From Minutocellus sp. GHC0000111 (Eukaryota): DNA of 64,000 nucleotides. The notes below the pieces were generated by a model. It made no database searches. It saw only the letters and a program-made list of their open reading frames with translations, and was not told where the DNA came from. The stretch lies in NCBI GenBank assembly GCA_977018835.1, contig OZ361256.1, positions 682,001 to 746,000 on the forward strand, written 5' to 3'. How positions within the stretch are numbered: position 1 is the first letter of the stretch; each line of letters starts with the position of its first letter. Of the stretch, positions 33,885 to 46,170 are shown one piece after another. A program made the position numbers and the translations under genes.

Positions 33885-34633
33885 ATGACCGTCCACAGTC
33901 TTCACATATTCGATCGCAAGGGCAAGACCCTGTTCTCCAAAACGTACTCGCAGGCAGCCGCGGTCGGTCAGCAGCAGCTCCGACAGACGTCTCAGGGCCC
34001 GGCGGAAGAGGATCCCGTTGACGAGCAGCGCAAGCTGGTGTTTGGCATGGTCTTCTCCCTGCGGGAGTTGGTCGGCAGTTTGGCGCCCGAGGGAGAGAAG
34101 GGTGGTGAGTGGCGTGATGATAAAATGGTTGCGTTAGCGTTGTGGTGATGTGAGGTGAATGGAGAACGTGTTGCTACAGTATTGGATGTGCCGCCGAAAC
34201 ATTTTTTTTTCATGCCGCTTTCCTTTTGCATTTACTGACTTGACCCCTTTGCGAAAAATCTATTATTTACTTTATAACGGCAGGCCTGCATTCCATTCGA
34301 ACGGGGGCATCGACCTTGCACAATTATGAGACATTGTCGGGCTTGCGATTTGCCATGTACACCACAAACGATGTCGGCGATACCAGCAGCAGCCGACGAT
34401 CGAGTGCAGCAGCGGCGGATAGCAACGTTTCGGTGAGGAATGCCCTGCAGCATATCTACACAGAGTTATGGGTCGAGAGTGTGATCAAATCGCCGCTGTA
34501 TCGGCCGGGAGAAATGTCGATGGTGGGCCAAAGCAGCAGTGGGAGTGGCGGCGGTGATACATTTGATATTCGATCGACCAACTTTGAGAAGAAATTGGAT
34601 GCCTTCTTGCAGTCGATGCCATGGTTTCGTTGA
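33885..34633 (+). CDS. TRAPPC1: TRAPP complex subunit TRAPPC1/BET5; intron 34105-34283
   Basis: MTVHSLHIFDRKG, EQRKLVFGMVFSLR, LHNYETLSGLRF, LWVESVIKSPL; the GTGAGT..CAG intron keeps the frame. Confidence 0.9.
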
Positions 34634-34773
34634 GGCAACTACATGCTTGTGTATCGAGCTGTGGCATCCAACGGGTAATCGTAAATATCCACTGTATATC
34701 TTACTGGTCTACTGTACTGTTGCAAGGTAGCCAATGACCGGGAGCTCTGTCGTGTCGAGCCCAACATTTTCAA

Positions 34774-35792
34774 TCATTTGCTCTTGCTTTTGGAGCTCCC
34801 CGATGATGATTTGCTCTTGCTACCACCATGACTGGAAGATGACGCTGCAGCAAGAGCCGTGGCCTGGGTTTGAGCCTGGGCAACTTCAATCAAGGCAAGG
34901 TCCAGCTCTTCCATCTCCATATCTGCCTCCATCAGCCGATGCTTCACCTTCTTCAGCTCGGCATCCAAGAAGGATTGAGCCTCCAGCAGTGCCTTCCAAT
35001 CCTCTTCGTCGGAATATTGTGGGAATGCCGCCTGAACATTAGATTCGCGACTTTCAATTTTGGGCAAAACCGACATTCTCATGAGCTGCTTATGGAAAGA
35101 TTCCCGTGGGTCGGTAAAGACCACCTCGTTGTAGAACTCGTGCACAACCGGTTCCGTTGAAGTTGTAGAAGGAGTTGCCGCAGTCACGCCCGGTGGATAC
35201 AGCTTAATCGGGTGCATAATCTGAAAAATTTTACGTGATACAAGTCGCAAAAATAAGTGAGATGAAAAGGTATTGTTTCCAGAGATACATGTGCGCGGCT
35301 CAACATGGAGAATAGAATAAGTCCGATCGAAGTAATACAGCATAACGCCACCAGCTCAGTCAAAATGCAACTTACGACTGTAGCCTTTTCCTCCGGATCT
35401 CTCCAAACAATCCGTATCGATGCCTCAAACTCTCCCCATCCCTTTTCAGTGACCTCAAACGGCGGTGCCGTCAGTTCTCGGACTGGCTGCGGGAAACTGG
35501 GGTGGAGCGAGAAGACGACCTTGGCAATGGCAGCGGATAAGTCTTCGTTGTTCGGACCGCGCACGTACAAAGTCCATTCATGAGTAGCATATTCATCAGC
35601 GTTGCTCCCTAGATAGAATGCAATGGAGCCGTACGCAATCGGAACGCACACCGCTGTGTTTGGGAGACGGGGTGAGACGGCGGAGGCGGCGGTGGTGTTG
35701 GCGGGTGCGGCAGTGGGATTTCCCTCTGTTGCCACTGCAGCCCCTTCTGCCGGAGCAGCAGCGCCCCCACTGGTCGGAGCGGCTGCTGGCAT
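34774..35792 (-). CDS. YAF9: YEATS-domain protein (Yaf9/GAS41-like); intron 35221-35375
   Basis: PIAYGS, THEWTLYVRG, FSLHPSF, PPFEVTEKGWGEF, HPIKLYP, VVHEFYNEVVF, C-terminal coiled coil. Confidence 0.88.
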
Positions 35793-36221
35793 GCTGTATT
35801 GGGTCGTTCTGGCTACGTAGTCAGTCTAGCTACGGCTAGCACTTGCTGGTCAGGGGTTGGGCGGGGTAGAAGGGAGGTTATGGGTTGTGGAAAGAAGGCG
35901 CGCTCGTTAGCAGTCGGTATTTGTGCACTTTTGGCGAAAAGCATCATGGTGGTGTGGTTTTCGGTTGATGACCCATGCTTGTCTCAGCCAGGACGACGAT
36001 GGATGACACACCAATTGATCCCCATACCGGTGGTAACAGGAGGGTATCGCATGAGAGTGTCTAGTCTAGATCTAAGCCCCATCTTGCAAAATAATAGGCT
36101 TACATGTCGAGTTATATAGGAATTTCTACACTGTACAATGTGCAATTGTACATAGAGTGTGTGCTACCGGTAAGTACCGACCGGTACATGTGCAAGCAAG
36201 TTACCGGTAGTCTAAAAGTTC

Positions 36222-37802
36222 TCAACCCGGTGCGGGACACTCTTGCGCCGCCTCGATCATTTCGCTCGTGGCGCAGGAGGCATCAAGTCTTGCACCACTG
36301 TTACACAACATGTGACATGTCTTGATGTTGGATGTTCGGCATGCACCGAAACCATGCTCAAACTGCGTGGCGAACGTCACGGAGCTCAAGTCCCAACAGA
36401 GAGTGCCCGTGAAGGAAGCAGCACCGTTGAACATGTTGTTCATTCGCCGGACGTTGCTAGTATCCCAACTTGAAAGATCGCTATCAAACGAAGAGGCTCC
36501 ACGGAACATTGCCTCCATTGTGCGCACTTTGCTTGTGTCCCAACCAGATAAGTCGCTATTGAAAGATTCGGCATTACTAAATACCTGGCTCATTGTTTTG
36601 ACGGCGGAGGTATTCCACGCCGAAAGGTCTTCGATGAAACTGCTGTAGCCTTGGAATAGTCCGCCCAAGCTCGTTACGGATGATATGTCCCAGGTACTGA
36701 TGTGACCGTACTGCTTCGCTGCGGCCTCGGGGTCGGCGATCCAGTAATCTGCTGCCATCTTGATGTTGTCTTGTGTGATTGGAGTTTTGTCGATTGGGCC
36801 AGCCTGCTGAGTCGCACCATCGCCCCCCCTTGGTCGTGTGGTGATAACACCGGCAACGATGGCAGCAACGACGACAAGTACGAAGGCAACGATTACGCAC
36901 ATGGCTCGCTTAGTTCGGAGGGCCATACAAGCGACGTCGGTTTCACGGACTACCTTTGCGTATTGAACTTCTTCGGCCGTGTAGGCCTCCAAGGCAATCG
37001 AAGCGGCTGGTGAATCGTCCGCTGGTGGCGGCAACTCTGGTGGGTACTGTTGAGAGTCGCTGTGAGATGTTGCCACCAGTACGACTGATGCACCTTCAAG
37101 GACAGTTGCTGATTCTGCCGGTGACTCTTCTTCGCCAGCTTGTGCGATTGTGCCACTGCCATCTGCTCGTTCGAGATCCACCTCACCATTTGTATTTGTA
37201 TTTGCACTGCTACTTCTAGGAGTAGTAGTAGAGGCTTCTCCGCCGACGCCGGCAGAGGGATTCGTCTCTTCCACTACCGGTACCGGTACCGGTACCTCGG
37301 CTGCAGGCTGTTGCTGATTATTCTGCTGATCCTCATTCTCATTCTCGTCATCTTCTTCCTCGATGGTATCGGCGCCAGTGCTCCTGCGGCGATACTCGTG
37401 GCCCGAGGTGGTGATTCCCGATACATTGGACAGGCGGAGGCTCTGGCCGCCGGTCCGAAGCTTGATCGACAGACGTTCGTCCGGTGTCTGAATCACACCG
37501 TCTGCGTGCCCTGGGCCGATGTGCTGACTACCGCTTTGGTGCTGCGATGAGGCAGCAGCACCCGAAGCTGCCGCAGCCGAAGGGGACGACGACGACGGTA
37601 CCCATGTGCCCGCCTCGCTGAAGGACGAGTCCGTCCCCAGAGCACCCGTGGCGGACGTCGTCGTGCTTCTACGACAGCTCCGAAGCTTCCTCGTGAGTCG
37701 ATCGGTCGGGGTGGTTTCTTCCTCGGCTACGGCTACCGTGCCGCCGCGGGCCACCGAGGACTGCTTCTTCTCCGCTGCCATTTTCCCCATTTTACCCATC
37801 AT
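36222..37802 (-). CDS. Single-pass membrane protein with DUF285 (bacterial-type surface) repeats
   Basis: TM segment VIVAFVLVVVAAIVAGV, YGHISTWDISSVT and repeats of DLSxWDTSxVxxMxxMF. Confidence 0.85.
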   Translation of the reverse strand: MMGKMGKMAAEKKQSSVARGGTVAVAEEETTPTDRLTRKLRSCRRSTTTSATGALGTDSSFSEAGTWVPSSSSPSAAAASGAAASSQHQSGSQHIGPGHADGVIQTPDERLSIKLRTGGQSLRLSNVSGITTSGHEYRRRSTGADTIEEEDDENENEDQQNNQQQPAAEVPVPVPVVEETNPSAGVGGEASTTTPRSSSANTNTNGEVDLERADGSGTIAQAGEEESPAESATVLEGASVVLVATSHSDSQQYPPELPPPADDSPAASIALEAYTAEEVQYAKVVRETDVACMALRTKRAMCVIVAFVLVVVAAIVAGVITTRPRGGDGATQQAGPIDKTPITQDNIKMAADYWIADPEAAAKQYGHISTWDISSVTSLGGLFQGYSSFIEDLSAWNTSAVKTMSQVFSNAESFNSDLSGWDTSKVRTMEAMFRGASSFDSDLSSWDTSNVRRMNNMFNGAASFTGTLCWDLSSVTFATQFEHGFGACRTSNIKTCHMLCNSGARLDASCATSEMIEAAQECPAPG

Positions 37803-38228
37803 CTTGTGATTGTATCTTCGCTGGGGTCAAGGCAGTTGGCAAAGCTTTTGCTTTTACGAGTCTTGCCGCCAATAATATCGGGAAATGCTGTGGTGGTGGA
37901 GAACGCGACACGCGAACGACGCGAGAACGACGTTTCAACATGCAGCCAGCCTGATGCGGGTGGTCGGGTACAACGGCCCCTCGACTGAATGACGCACTTT
38001 CTGAAGAGCTTCAACTCTGACGTGGAGAAATGGTGGATGAGAATAGCGCCATCTGCTCGCTGTTGAGGCCGAAAAGAAACTCCGGCGTTGTCTCGGAAAG
38101 AACAAACAAACACAGTCACGCAGGCGCCGGCGCGCGCCGGCGCCACGCATGTTTGCATGTCTGGCAGCCTGGCACAAAGCACTCTCTAACGTACGAGTAA
38201 TTATTGGTGCCAATAATACTCTTCCACC

Positions 38229-40111
38229 ATGGTCTTGGCCGAAACGGACCCACAGGCCACGGCCAACATCGTGATCCGTCGGGCGGTCGCCAACGAGGCC
38301 CAACGGATCCTCCGTCGCCGATCCAGCAAGAGTCTCATCTTGTGCGACAGTGACGATGACGATGACGATGAGCCGAAAGATCACGACCACGACGACGTGC
38401 CGACTGCAATGTCGGAAACTGACCAATCCGAGGGGAGTCGGCGAAATGGCAGCCGTTGCCGACGCAGTCGCTGCAGTGGCCTCCCGCAGATCAGCTGCGA
38501 CGACCTGGTCGAGGGACAGCTCATAGGTTCGGGAGCATTCAACGACGTGTACTCCGTCCGAATTCTCAACACACGACAAGGCAGCGATTCCAGCCTCCTC
38601 GCAGGAGACGCAGACGCAGCAGCGAAGCCGGGTAGAAAGATCTCCAACGCCTCGACCATCTCGGAGTCCGTCCAAAGCGACGGCGACCCATCCCATCACG
38701 GACAGTGCGCCTACCGTCACATTGGCAGCGACGAGCCGGGCGGGTACGTCATCAAGCATCTCCGTCCGTCCGTCATGGAAGACATCGACAAGTTCCGAAC
38801 GGGCGCCGTCGACTTGGCCTACGAAGCCAAGCTCCTGGCTTCCCTGTCGCACGACAACATCATCAAGATCCGGGGCGTTTCCGCCGGTTCCCTCGCTGAG
38901 GCCTTCACATCCGACGAAAAGCGTGGATACTTCCTCGTCCTCGATCAGGTCCAGTGCACCCTCGACGTGCGGATGAAGGCCTGGCGCGAACGGCAGGATG
39001 CCATGCGGCAGGATATGGGCTACGGCAATCTCGTCGTCAACAGCGCACCTGCCACCGGTTGCAGCGCGAATAATCGTCGGGGCAGCACCGAAAGTAACGC
39101 CAGCACGAGCAACAGTGGTAGTGGGAAAGGCCTCCTGCACCGCATGTCCAGCCGCCTGGCGTTGGGCAGTCTTCACAGCCGTCGTCGATCCTCCATTGGC
39201 AGCGTCAGCGCGAGCAATGTCGACCTCGTGACCGTCGAGCGCGAGTTTCTGGCGCAGCGCCTGGGTGTTGCCCTCGGTATAGCAAGAGGATTGGAATACC
39301 TCCATCGGCATAGGGTAATTTACCGTGATATCAAACCTCAAAATATTGGCATCGATCATCAGGGCACGGTCAAGCTTTTGGACTTTGGCATCGCTAGGGA
39401 AATAGAACCTGACTGCATCGGAAGTGACGATGATCGATACCGTCTCACCGCCATGACAGGAACTCTTCGATACGTGAGTTGCGTCTTTTGCATCTTTTCC
39501 TTTTGGTTCGTGTCTTGTGTCTGTGCAGATCGTACATGTGTTGTTCCGCGTCTGTGTTGTTTCTGACCAGGGACATCCCTTTCACCTTTCTTCCCTTTTC
39601 TAATGTTTCAACACAGATGGCTCCTGAGATAGCCCTTGCGGCCCCGTATGGTTTGAGCGCCGACGTTTATTCCTTTGGGATAATCTTCCATGAGATCTGC
39701 GCCATGAAAAAGCCCTTTGGCAACATCAAGGACATTGAGACCTTCAAGCGCGAGGTCATTTGTGGTGGACGACGCCCCATGCCCAAGGAGTGGTTGCCAG
39801 CCTGCATCAAGGAGCTCGAGAACGACTGCTGGATGACCGAGCCGCGCCTTCGGCCCAAGATATATGAGGCTGTGGCACTCATCAGTGACTTCATCGAGGG
39901 AGGAAACGACAATTGGGAAGAAGATCTGCCCAAGTGCAAAAACCCTTCCTCCTCTCCATCTCAATCCACTCCTCGGCGTCGCGGATTTTTGAGACGGAAT
40001 GGCAGCATGGAGTTAGCACTGAAGAACAAAGCTCGCCGAGGTAGAAGAGGATCTGAGCCATCGCTGAGCGCCGGCAGAATCATGGGAGGACGAGAGAACT
40101 CTGTCTCTTGA
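38229..40111 (+). CDS. Protein kinase (diatom-expanded TKL-like type); intron 39474-39616
   Basis: IGSGAF, YVIK, IYRDIKPQNIG, DFG, TGTLRY|MAPE, DVYSFG. Confidence 0.9.
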
Positions 40112-40557
40112 GAGACACGAAAGAAGACAGCACACCAAAGAGGGGGGTTGAGTTGATTTTGTAGCAGTGTTTGTAGAATATTGGAGAGCATGGATGTGTA
40201 GAATGTGCGGAATTACTGTAGTACTTAAAAGATATTAGATCTAGCTAGATCTCATCTACCGGTACTAGATCTAAATCCTACCTGTGGAGTCTACCAGTGC
40301 CGGTGGGCCGATTTGATCTTGGTGGAAGGTTCGCACCCTGTTCCCGGCTGGTTGGGTTCGTTCCATTTCGCGGCAGAATGTATGGCTGTGCCGTACGACT
40401 GGAATTCAGCAACAACCATTGGAGCCTCATCATTGCAAGTCCGAATGAATTGCAAGTTTTATATTATCACAAGCGATAACTCAGGAACTCGAGAATATCC
40501 CAAACAATTGAATAGATTGATATCACTGCTCCGCCATCACCACTACACAATACAACA

Positions 40558-41283
40558 ATGAAGATTGACCTGGCATTGCTCTTCGCTGCCATTGCCGCCA
40601 TGGCACATGCAAATGGGACCAGCAATGATGAAGGCGATGGAAATCTTCGCCGTCGTCTAATCGTGGTCGATCCGGCGTATGCACCTCCCCAAATCTGCGA
40701 GGATGGTAAACCAGCACAGCATACTCTGGAGATGAAGATCTTTACCGATAATTATCCTGAGGAAACAATGTTCTGGATTAGTGAAGTGGACAAACCCTAC
40801 GACGCCGTCTTGAAGCATACTCAATTCACCTTGAAGAATACCATGCACTCTCTTTCGACCAAGGTTTGCAAAGGAGCTTTCAGAGCTAATCTTAAAGATA
40901 CCTACGGTGACGGTCTCTGCTGTGGATATGGCGAAGGGTACTACAAAATATTCGTTGATGGCCAGATGAAGTACAAGGGAGGTGAATTCGGCAAAATGGA
41001 AACAGTTGAGTTTTCCGTCGAGCCGATTGCAACGCCACAAGATTTTTACGGGTGGGATGGACGTGCCTGCGTCAAGAAGAATGGGGAGCCTGGTGAGAAG
41101 AATGAAGAGTACAAAGTCTTCAATTTGAACTTTGAGGACTGCATGCATAAGGCCTGTGAAGAGGGATTCCAGGGTTTTCAGTATGAAGGTGATGAGTGCC
41201 ACGTTTGGCTCGTCTCTCCCCGCTTCGAGACCAAGAGTGGCGCAATGTGTTTCGTTCGTAAGTTCACGTCGTTGGCAAAATAG
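40558..41283 (+). CDS. Secreted protein with TDxYPxE...DxYGDGxCCxYGxG domain and Cys-rich PAN-like tail
   Basis: Signal peptide and LRRR propeptide-like site; TDNYPEET...DTYGDGLCCGYGEGYY. Confidence 0.75.
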   Translation: MKIDLALLFAAIAAMAHANGTSNDEGDGNLRRRLIVVDPAYAPPQICEDGKPAQHTLEMKIFTDNYPEETMFWISEVDKPYDAVLKHTQFTLKNTMHSLSTKVCKGAFRANLKDTYGDGLCCGYGEGYYKIFVDGQMKYKGGEFGKMETVEFSVEPIATPQDFYGWDGRACVKKNGEPGEKNEEYKVFNLNFEDCMHKACEEGFQGFQYEGDECHVWLVSPRFETKSGAMCFVRKFTSLAK

Positions 41284-41979
41284 ATCTGTCGTGGCTACGA
41301 AGAAATGAAAGGTCCTTTTCGTGATAAAGAGAGAATATGTGTGCGTATTGCACTGTCGCTGAAGATGCGTCGAAAATGATTTTTTTGTTGAGAGTTGAGT
41401 CGAATACTTTGGTCGGTTCTTATAAGGGGTAAGGTTAGATCTTCCCAATGATTTACATTTACCTGCTACCTACTACGTAGCTAGAGCTGCGCAGGTATTA
41501 CTAGCTAGCTAGCTACCAATTGGTAGTTGATAGTACCGCAGCGGGTGCGACGCTCGCCCGGCCTAGACCCACTACTTGGGTTCGAAAGTCCGGTATCTCG
41601 CTCGAAATCGAAAAATCAGATGTCAAGGATGCGCTGAAGGAGGCCTTGCAGGACGATGAGGATGAATCGATCGTTCGAATTGAGCGCAATGCAAATGATG
41701 GTACCTTTGACATCCAGTTTGCCAAGGTATGGGAAGGCTGAGGGTGTGCGACTCGACTCTCCTCAACGGGGATAAAAGGCTGTTTGGTAGCAAAATTATC
41801 GTCGAGCTTTTGTATGAAAGGTAGATACTCGGCTAAGCGGATAAAGAAATCACTAGATGAGGACTAAAAATAAAATAGCAATGCACCACTCACTTGGGTA
41901 GTACTGCATAAAACGAATGGCAAGACCCCCCTCACACAAATGGCGGCTCAACGCCTGGCTTGAAATGATACGGCCCTTG

Positions 41980-43461
41980 CTAAAACAGTTCAATAACGTT
42001 GTCGACGACGTCTTCAGTAGTGCACGAATCTTTCTCGTGTCCATTGGGAGTCACACCCTTTCTCCCGCTCTGTTCTTCCTTCTGCTTGAGAAGCATGTGC
42101 TGCGAATAGGCATCTCGAGCATGGAAACGATCTTCTGGGAAGACGCCATCGCCGCCTTTGTCGTCTTGGATCGCAGACTCTCCTCGTTTCTCATCACTGT
42201 TCTTCTTCTTCGACCCGATATTCCTGCTGCTAGTAGCATTCTTCTCCTTCTTGGACGACAGTCCCTTCTGGAGCATCCATGGGTGGCTTCCGACATCGGG
42301 GCGATCAATTGTATCGTCGGCAACAACGGTTGCTCGGACGGAGAGAGTCGATGAGGTAGCATTGTAGGAGCAAGTTGCGCTACCAGTATCAATAGGGATT
42401 GGGGTGATACACTGAATTGGACTGTGACCTTTCGAAGTCACAGAAACTGCGTATGCAGAAACATCGACGCGAATCGCTTCGAGGTCGGGACAGCAAGTGG
42501 TCTGGCATTCGAGATGGACCACCTGTGCTTCTAAAGCTGGGTTATTGCTTGATTTGGATGCGTCGCCAATCAGAAGCAGACTGCCATTAGAATGCGAGGA
42601 AAGGGCTGGGTCCACCGTAACGACGAGGGCATCTCCCCCGAGGGATGCATTGGTGGTACCTTCAATATAATCAGAAAGAGGCTTGATAGTACCATCCGCC
42701 ATCTCAATGCTCATACTGCACTCGATGGGAGGCATTGGTTCCGATGCCTTGCTGCTGTTACTGACGACGGTGGGTTCAGGACTTCCAGTCGATCTCGACG
42801 GCTCAACCTCTTCGATGACGGGCTGATTCTTGGCATCGCGAACCATTTGCTTGGCAACCTCGGCAAACTCAGAGGACTTGTCTACCGGTAGGCCGGTGAT
42901 GGAATGGACGTAGCCTTGGTACGAGAGTTTTGGCAGGGTATACTTTCGATCGACTGTCACTGGCCCTCCACTTTGGGCGCCTGCGAGACTAGACGGCAAA
43001 GGCGGTCCTCTCTGCCCAGAAGCTGACGCCGGTGTATTGCATTTCTGCTCCACACATTGCATTATGAATTGATTTAGAAAGTCGCGGCTTCCAGAGCCAC
43101 CCATGCCCAGGGGTGAGGAGTCTTTCTCCTCTTTGTTGTCCTGGATGATCTTGGGGCTGACAATCACATCGATGGCCAGGGCAGGCTTTCCGGCCTTGTC
43201 GGTGCAGCTTCGGATTGATCCAACGGAGACTGGAACATTGAGACCTTCGACTTCTTTGCCCTCGGCGTCGAGTCTCTTCTTGGTGGAGGGCGCTGCAATG
43301 GCGTTGGAAGAGGCCACGTTGATAAAGAGCTTGTCGCCGTCAGCATCTGCGCTACGTAGCTTGGTTTTGATCACATAGCATGGCACGGGCTGAATCAGAA
43401 CGCCCTCCTGGTGGGTGTCACCGGGGAGGGCAATGCTCGGTAGCTCCTCGATAGCTGACAT
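41980..43461 (-). CDS. PIH1-domain co-chaperone (PIH1D1/kintoun-like)
   Basis: IQPVPCYVIKTK, KLFINV, VPVSVG, DKAGKPALAIDV; CS-like beta region downstream. Confidence 0.75.
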   Translation of the reverse strand: MSAIEELPSIALPGDTHQEGVLIQPVPCYVIKTKLRSADADGDKLFINVASSNAIAAPSTKKRLDAEGKEVEGLNVPVSVGSIRSCTDKAGKPALAIDVIVSPKIIQDNKEEKDSSPLGMGGSGSRDFLNQFIMQCVEQKCNTPASASGQRGPPLPSSLAGAQSGGPVTVDRKYTLPKLSYQGYVHSITGLPVDKSSEFAEVAKQMVRDAKNQPVIEEVEPSRSTGSPEPTVVSNSSKASEPMPPIECSMSIEMADGTIKPLSDYIEGTTNASLGGDALVVTVDPALSSHSNGSLLLIGDASKSSNNPALEAQVVHLECQTTCCPDLEAIRVDVSAYAVSVTSKGHSPIQCITPIPIDTGSATCSYNATSSTLSVRATVVADDTIDRPDVGSHPWMLQKGLSSKKEKNATSSRNIGSKKKNSDEKRGESAIQDDKGGDGVFPEDRFHARDAYSQHMLLKQKEEQSGRKGVTPNGHEKDSCTTEDVVDNVIELF

Positions 43462-43689
43462 GGAAGGTGATGGGGAGGGGGTTACGGTGATCGTCCCTTC
43501 CGAGCGAGATGTCCTCCTCTCGACCTTGAGGTGCACTTGCTCTTTTCTCTTTTTTGAAAAATTCAAACAATCTTTTTCAAAATCGCCACACCAAAATTGA
43601 GCATAAAAATATTCAGGTCAGAGTCTAAGAGTTGCAGTCCCTACTCAGGCAAACCCCGGAATGATATATCATAGTCAATGATGGAATAA

Positions 43690-45986
43690 TCATCCCACAA
43701 CCCAATCAAAATCAATACCATCATCAAATTGAACATCTGTTAGACATAGACCATGCGATGGTGCACACAAGACATTGTTCTTTCCCTTTCCGTTGAACTC
43801 CGGGCCCTCTTCCTCCCAAGTTCCATTCTGCAGAGCATTTTTGACAACATCCAAAGATGATTTGCCAAGACCGACGCTAACAATGCTGCCCACCAAGAAA
43901 CGGACTTGCTTGTAGAGGAACCGATCGCCAGTGACCGTTACAGTGTAGGTCGTCAATGGTTCCAGTCCATTCTCCGCAGCTTCCCACGTCATCCATCTCC
44001 CGTTCGATACAGCATCGAGACAAGTTGCAGATCGTATCGCTCTGCACTCTCTTCCTCTCGCTACCTCGAAAGGCCCCTCGGAAGGCGGCAAAGTCGTGCC
44101 GTCCCTCGAAAAGAGCTGCACATTGGCGTGCCTTCTCGGTATCAAAACGTTTGCCGTATGTGTCAACGTGCCAAACGTGGCGCCATCTCATGGGGTCGTG
44201 CACATGGCCGATCGATAGTGTATACCGATACGTTTTCCCCCTTGCATCGAGCGTTGGGTGGAATCGCAGTGCATCACTACCCGGCCCCGCACAATTTTGA
44301 AGGTCTATCACCACGACCTGTACGCAGCTCCCCATGAGCGGGAACATCAACTGCAGGCCATCTTCCATGACCAGGAGGCATTAAGATTGATAAGTGCGCA
44401 TCCATGCATAATCCGAACCGGCGATTTCTTTGCCTCTGATGCCAATCCGGCCGACTTTGTGCTCCCTCACGAATACTTTGAGAAAGGGCGAACCTTGGAG
44501 GATACTCGGATTCGTCCAAGCTCACTTGGCAAGACAAGAGGCTCATTATTGAGCACGTGGCCAAGGGCCTCAAGCACTGCCACAAGGCTAACATTATTCA
44601 TCGCGACTTAAAGCCGCATTCCATCGTCGTGGTGCCTCCCGGTGATGGATTTGGTTCTACTCCCGGTGTTTCGACACCTCTGTGCAAATCGGATGACCGG
44701 GACGATGAAGATACTGAAGCAGAGGATGAAGTACAAGTGAAGCTGGTGAATTTTGACCTCGCCCGAATCCGATCTGGCAACAAGGCCACCATCCTCAAGG
44801 ATGCCAAGGATAGATTGGATCCTCGATACACCGCGCCAGAAGTTTGTGGCCAATTGAATCTCCTTGGGCTGTTGGGCAAACCACCCTCGAAGAGCAATTC
44901 GAGCATCTTGAGCTGGTAACACATCGTCCAAAAGATGTGCACTGGTATCACCACCAGCCTTATTGTCCGCATTACAAAGGAGGTAGCGAGTCAAAATCTG
45001 GCAAGCATCCTCCTTGCTGCCTTCCCGCTTCCCACCAAAGCCTGCAATGTGAAGTGAAAGCCGAATCTGCCTCAATGCATCCGACGATTTGGTCGGCGTG
45101 GGAGCAATGTTGCTTATGCGAACGTCGGGTGGGAGCATACGATTCATTACAAACATGAGTTTGTCAATGTCGCCATTGAAAGGAAGGCGTTGGAAGGACG
45201 AATCATCAGTGGGAGAGGCTGGATGTGGCAGTCTCTTCCCGGGGATCCCACTGGTGTTGATTCTGGTCCTGGTTTCAGTTGTCCTGTCGGCATCGGCATC
45301 GGCACCATGACTCTCTTTCGATACAATACTAATATCGTTTTGCTGCTGCCGCTCTTCCATAGCCTTCTGCGCAGCCTCCTCCGTAAGACAATACACCAGA
45401 GCGACCATGGACTGACCGTGGACACCCTTATCTGTCCGACTGCAGCCCTCAATCTGTATTCGTTTGATATCGACATCGCCATACACCTTGGCCAAGGACT
45501 GTGCGATCACTCCCTCCACGGACCTCACCTGCGTGGTTCCCAGACCAGGGATGCGCTTCCCCTCCGCCGTTTCCGTCCAGCAAAGTGAGGTTGGTTCTGA
45601 CGCTGGCCGTATATCGGTGGTAGGAAGGACGCGCCGTTGGGTCGGGAGCTGTATTCCAGTGAGTCTTCGCTGTTGTTGACATCCGACGAAGCAGAAGTCG
45701 CCCCATCGTTCGAAGCGGACCAACCGTAAAAGTGACCACCATCATAAGTCACGTTGATCACCGCGCTCGTTAGCAACGACGCAGGGAGAATATCACCGTC
45801 ATCCTCCAGTTGAGGACTATCTGTTGGTGCATGCTGGTCCTCCGTTGTTGAGTACCGATGGGTTGCCGTCCACCTCGTGGGGCGCACGGGCGCAGATGAA
45901 CCACCCAGCTGGAAGCCGCATGCTGTTGAGGCCAATGCCACTGATATCGCCAGAAGGAGGGAGATTGAGCTGCACTTCTTGCTCAT
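43690..45986 (-). pseudogene. truA: Plastid-targeted tRNA pseudouridine synthase TruA, disrupted by frameshifts (~45560, ~43975) and an 806-bp insertion
   Basis: VTYDGGHFYGW, catalytic [67 protein letters not shown] spread over several frames. Confidence 0.85.
44276..45075 (+). other. Insertion carrying a frameshifted Ser/Thr kinase fragment, antisense inside truA
   Basis: Flanked by TGCATC at 44270-44275 and 45076-45081. Encodes ILKVY...HPCII...IIHRDLKP...VKLVNFDLARI...YTAPE. Confidence 0.75.
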
Positions 45987-46170
45987 CTTGGCTGCTTCTT
46001 CTCACCCACTCGCTCGCCTCCATTCTATGCATTCGCTTCAGTTCTTCTGCGGTGGGAACTGAACTTCCTAGCGATCGGATGCTGACATCGGCACATGCTC
46101 CTCTCTGCCTGCTCTGCTCTGCTCTGCTGCAGCTCTGCATGCATGCAAACTCCAAAACAAAATCACCGTA

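Noticed and set aside
37935..39359. 474-aa minus-strand ORF
   Set aside because: Antisense shadow of the GC-rich kinase exon; no independent motifs.
41520..41741. Short protein-like ORF after a TA-palindrome tract
   Set aside because: No ATG, no upstream exon and no recognisable motif; cannot be supported as a gene.
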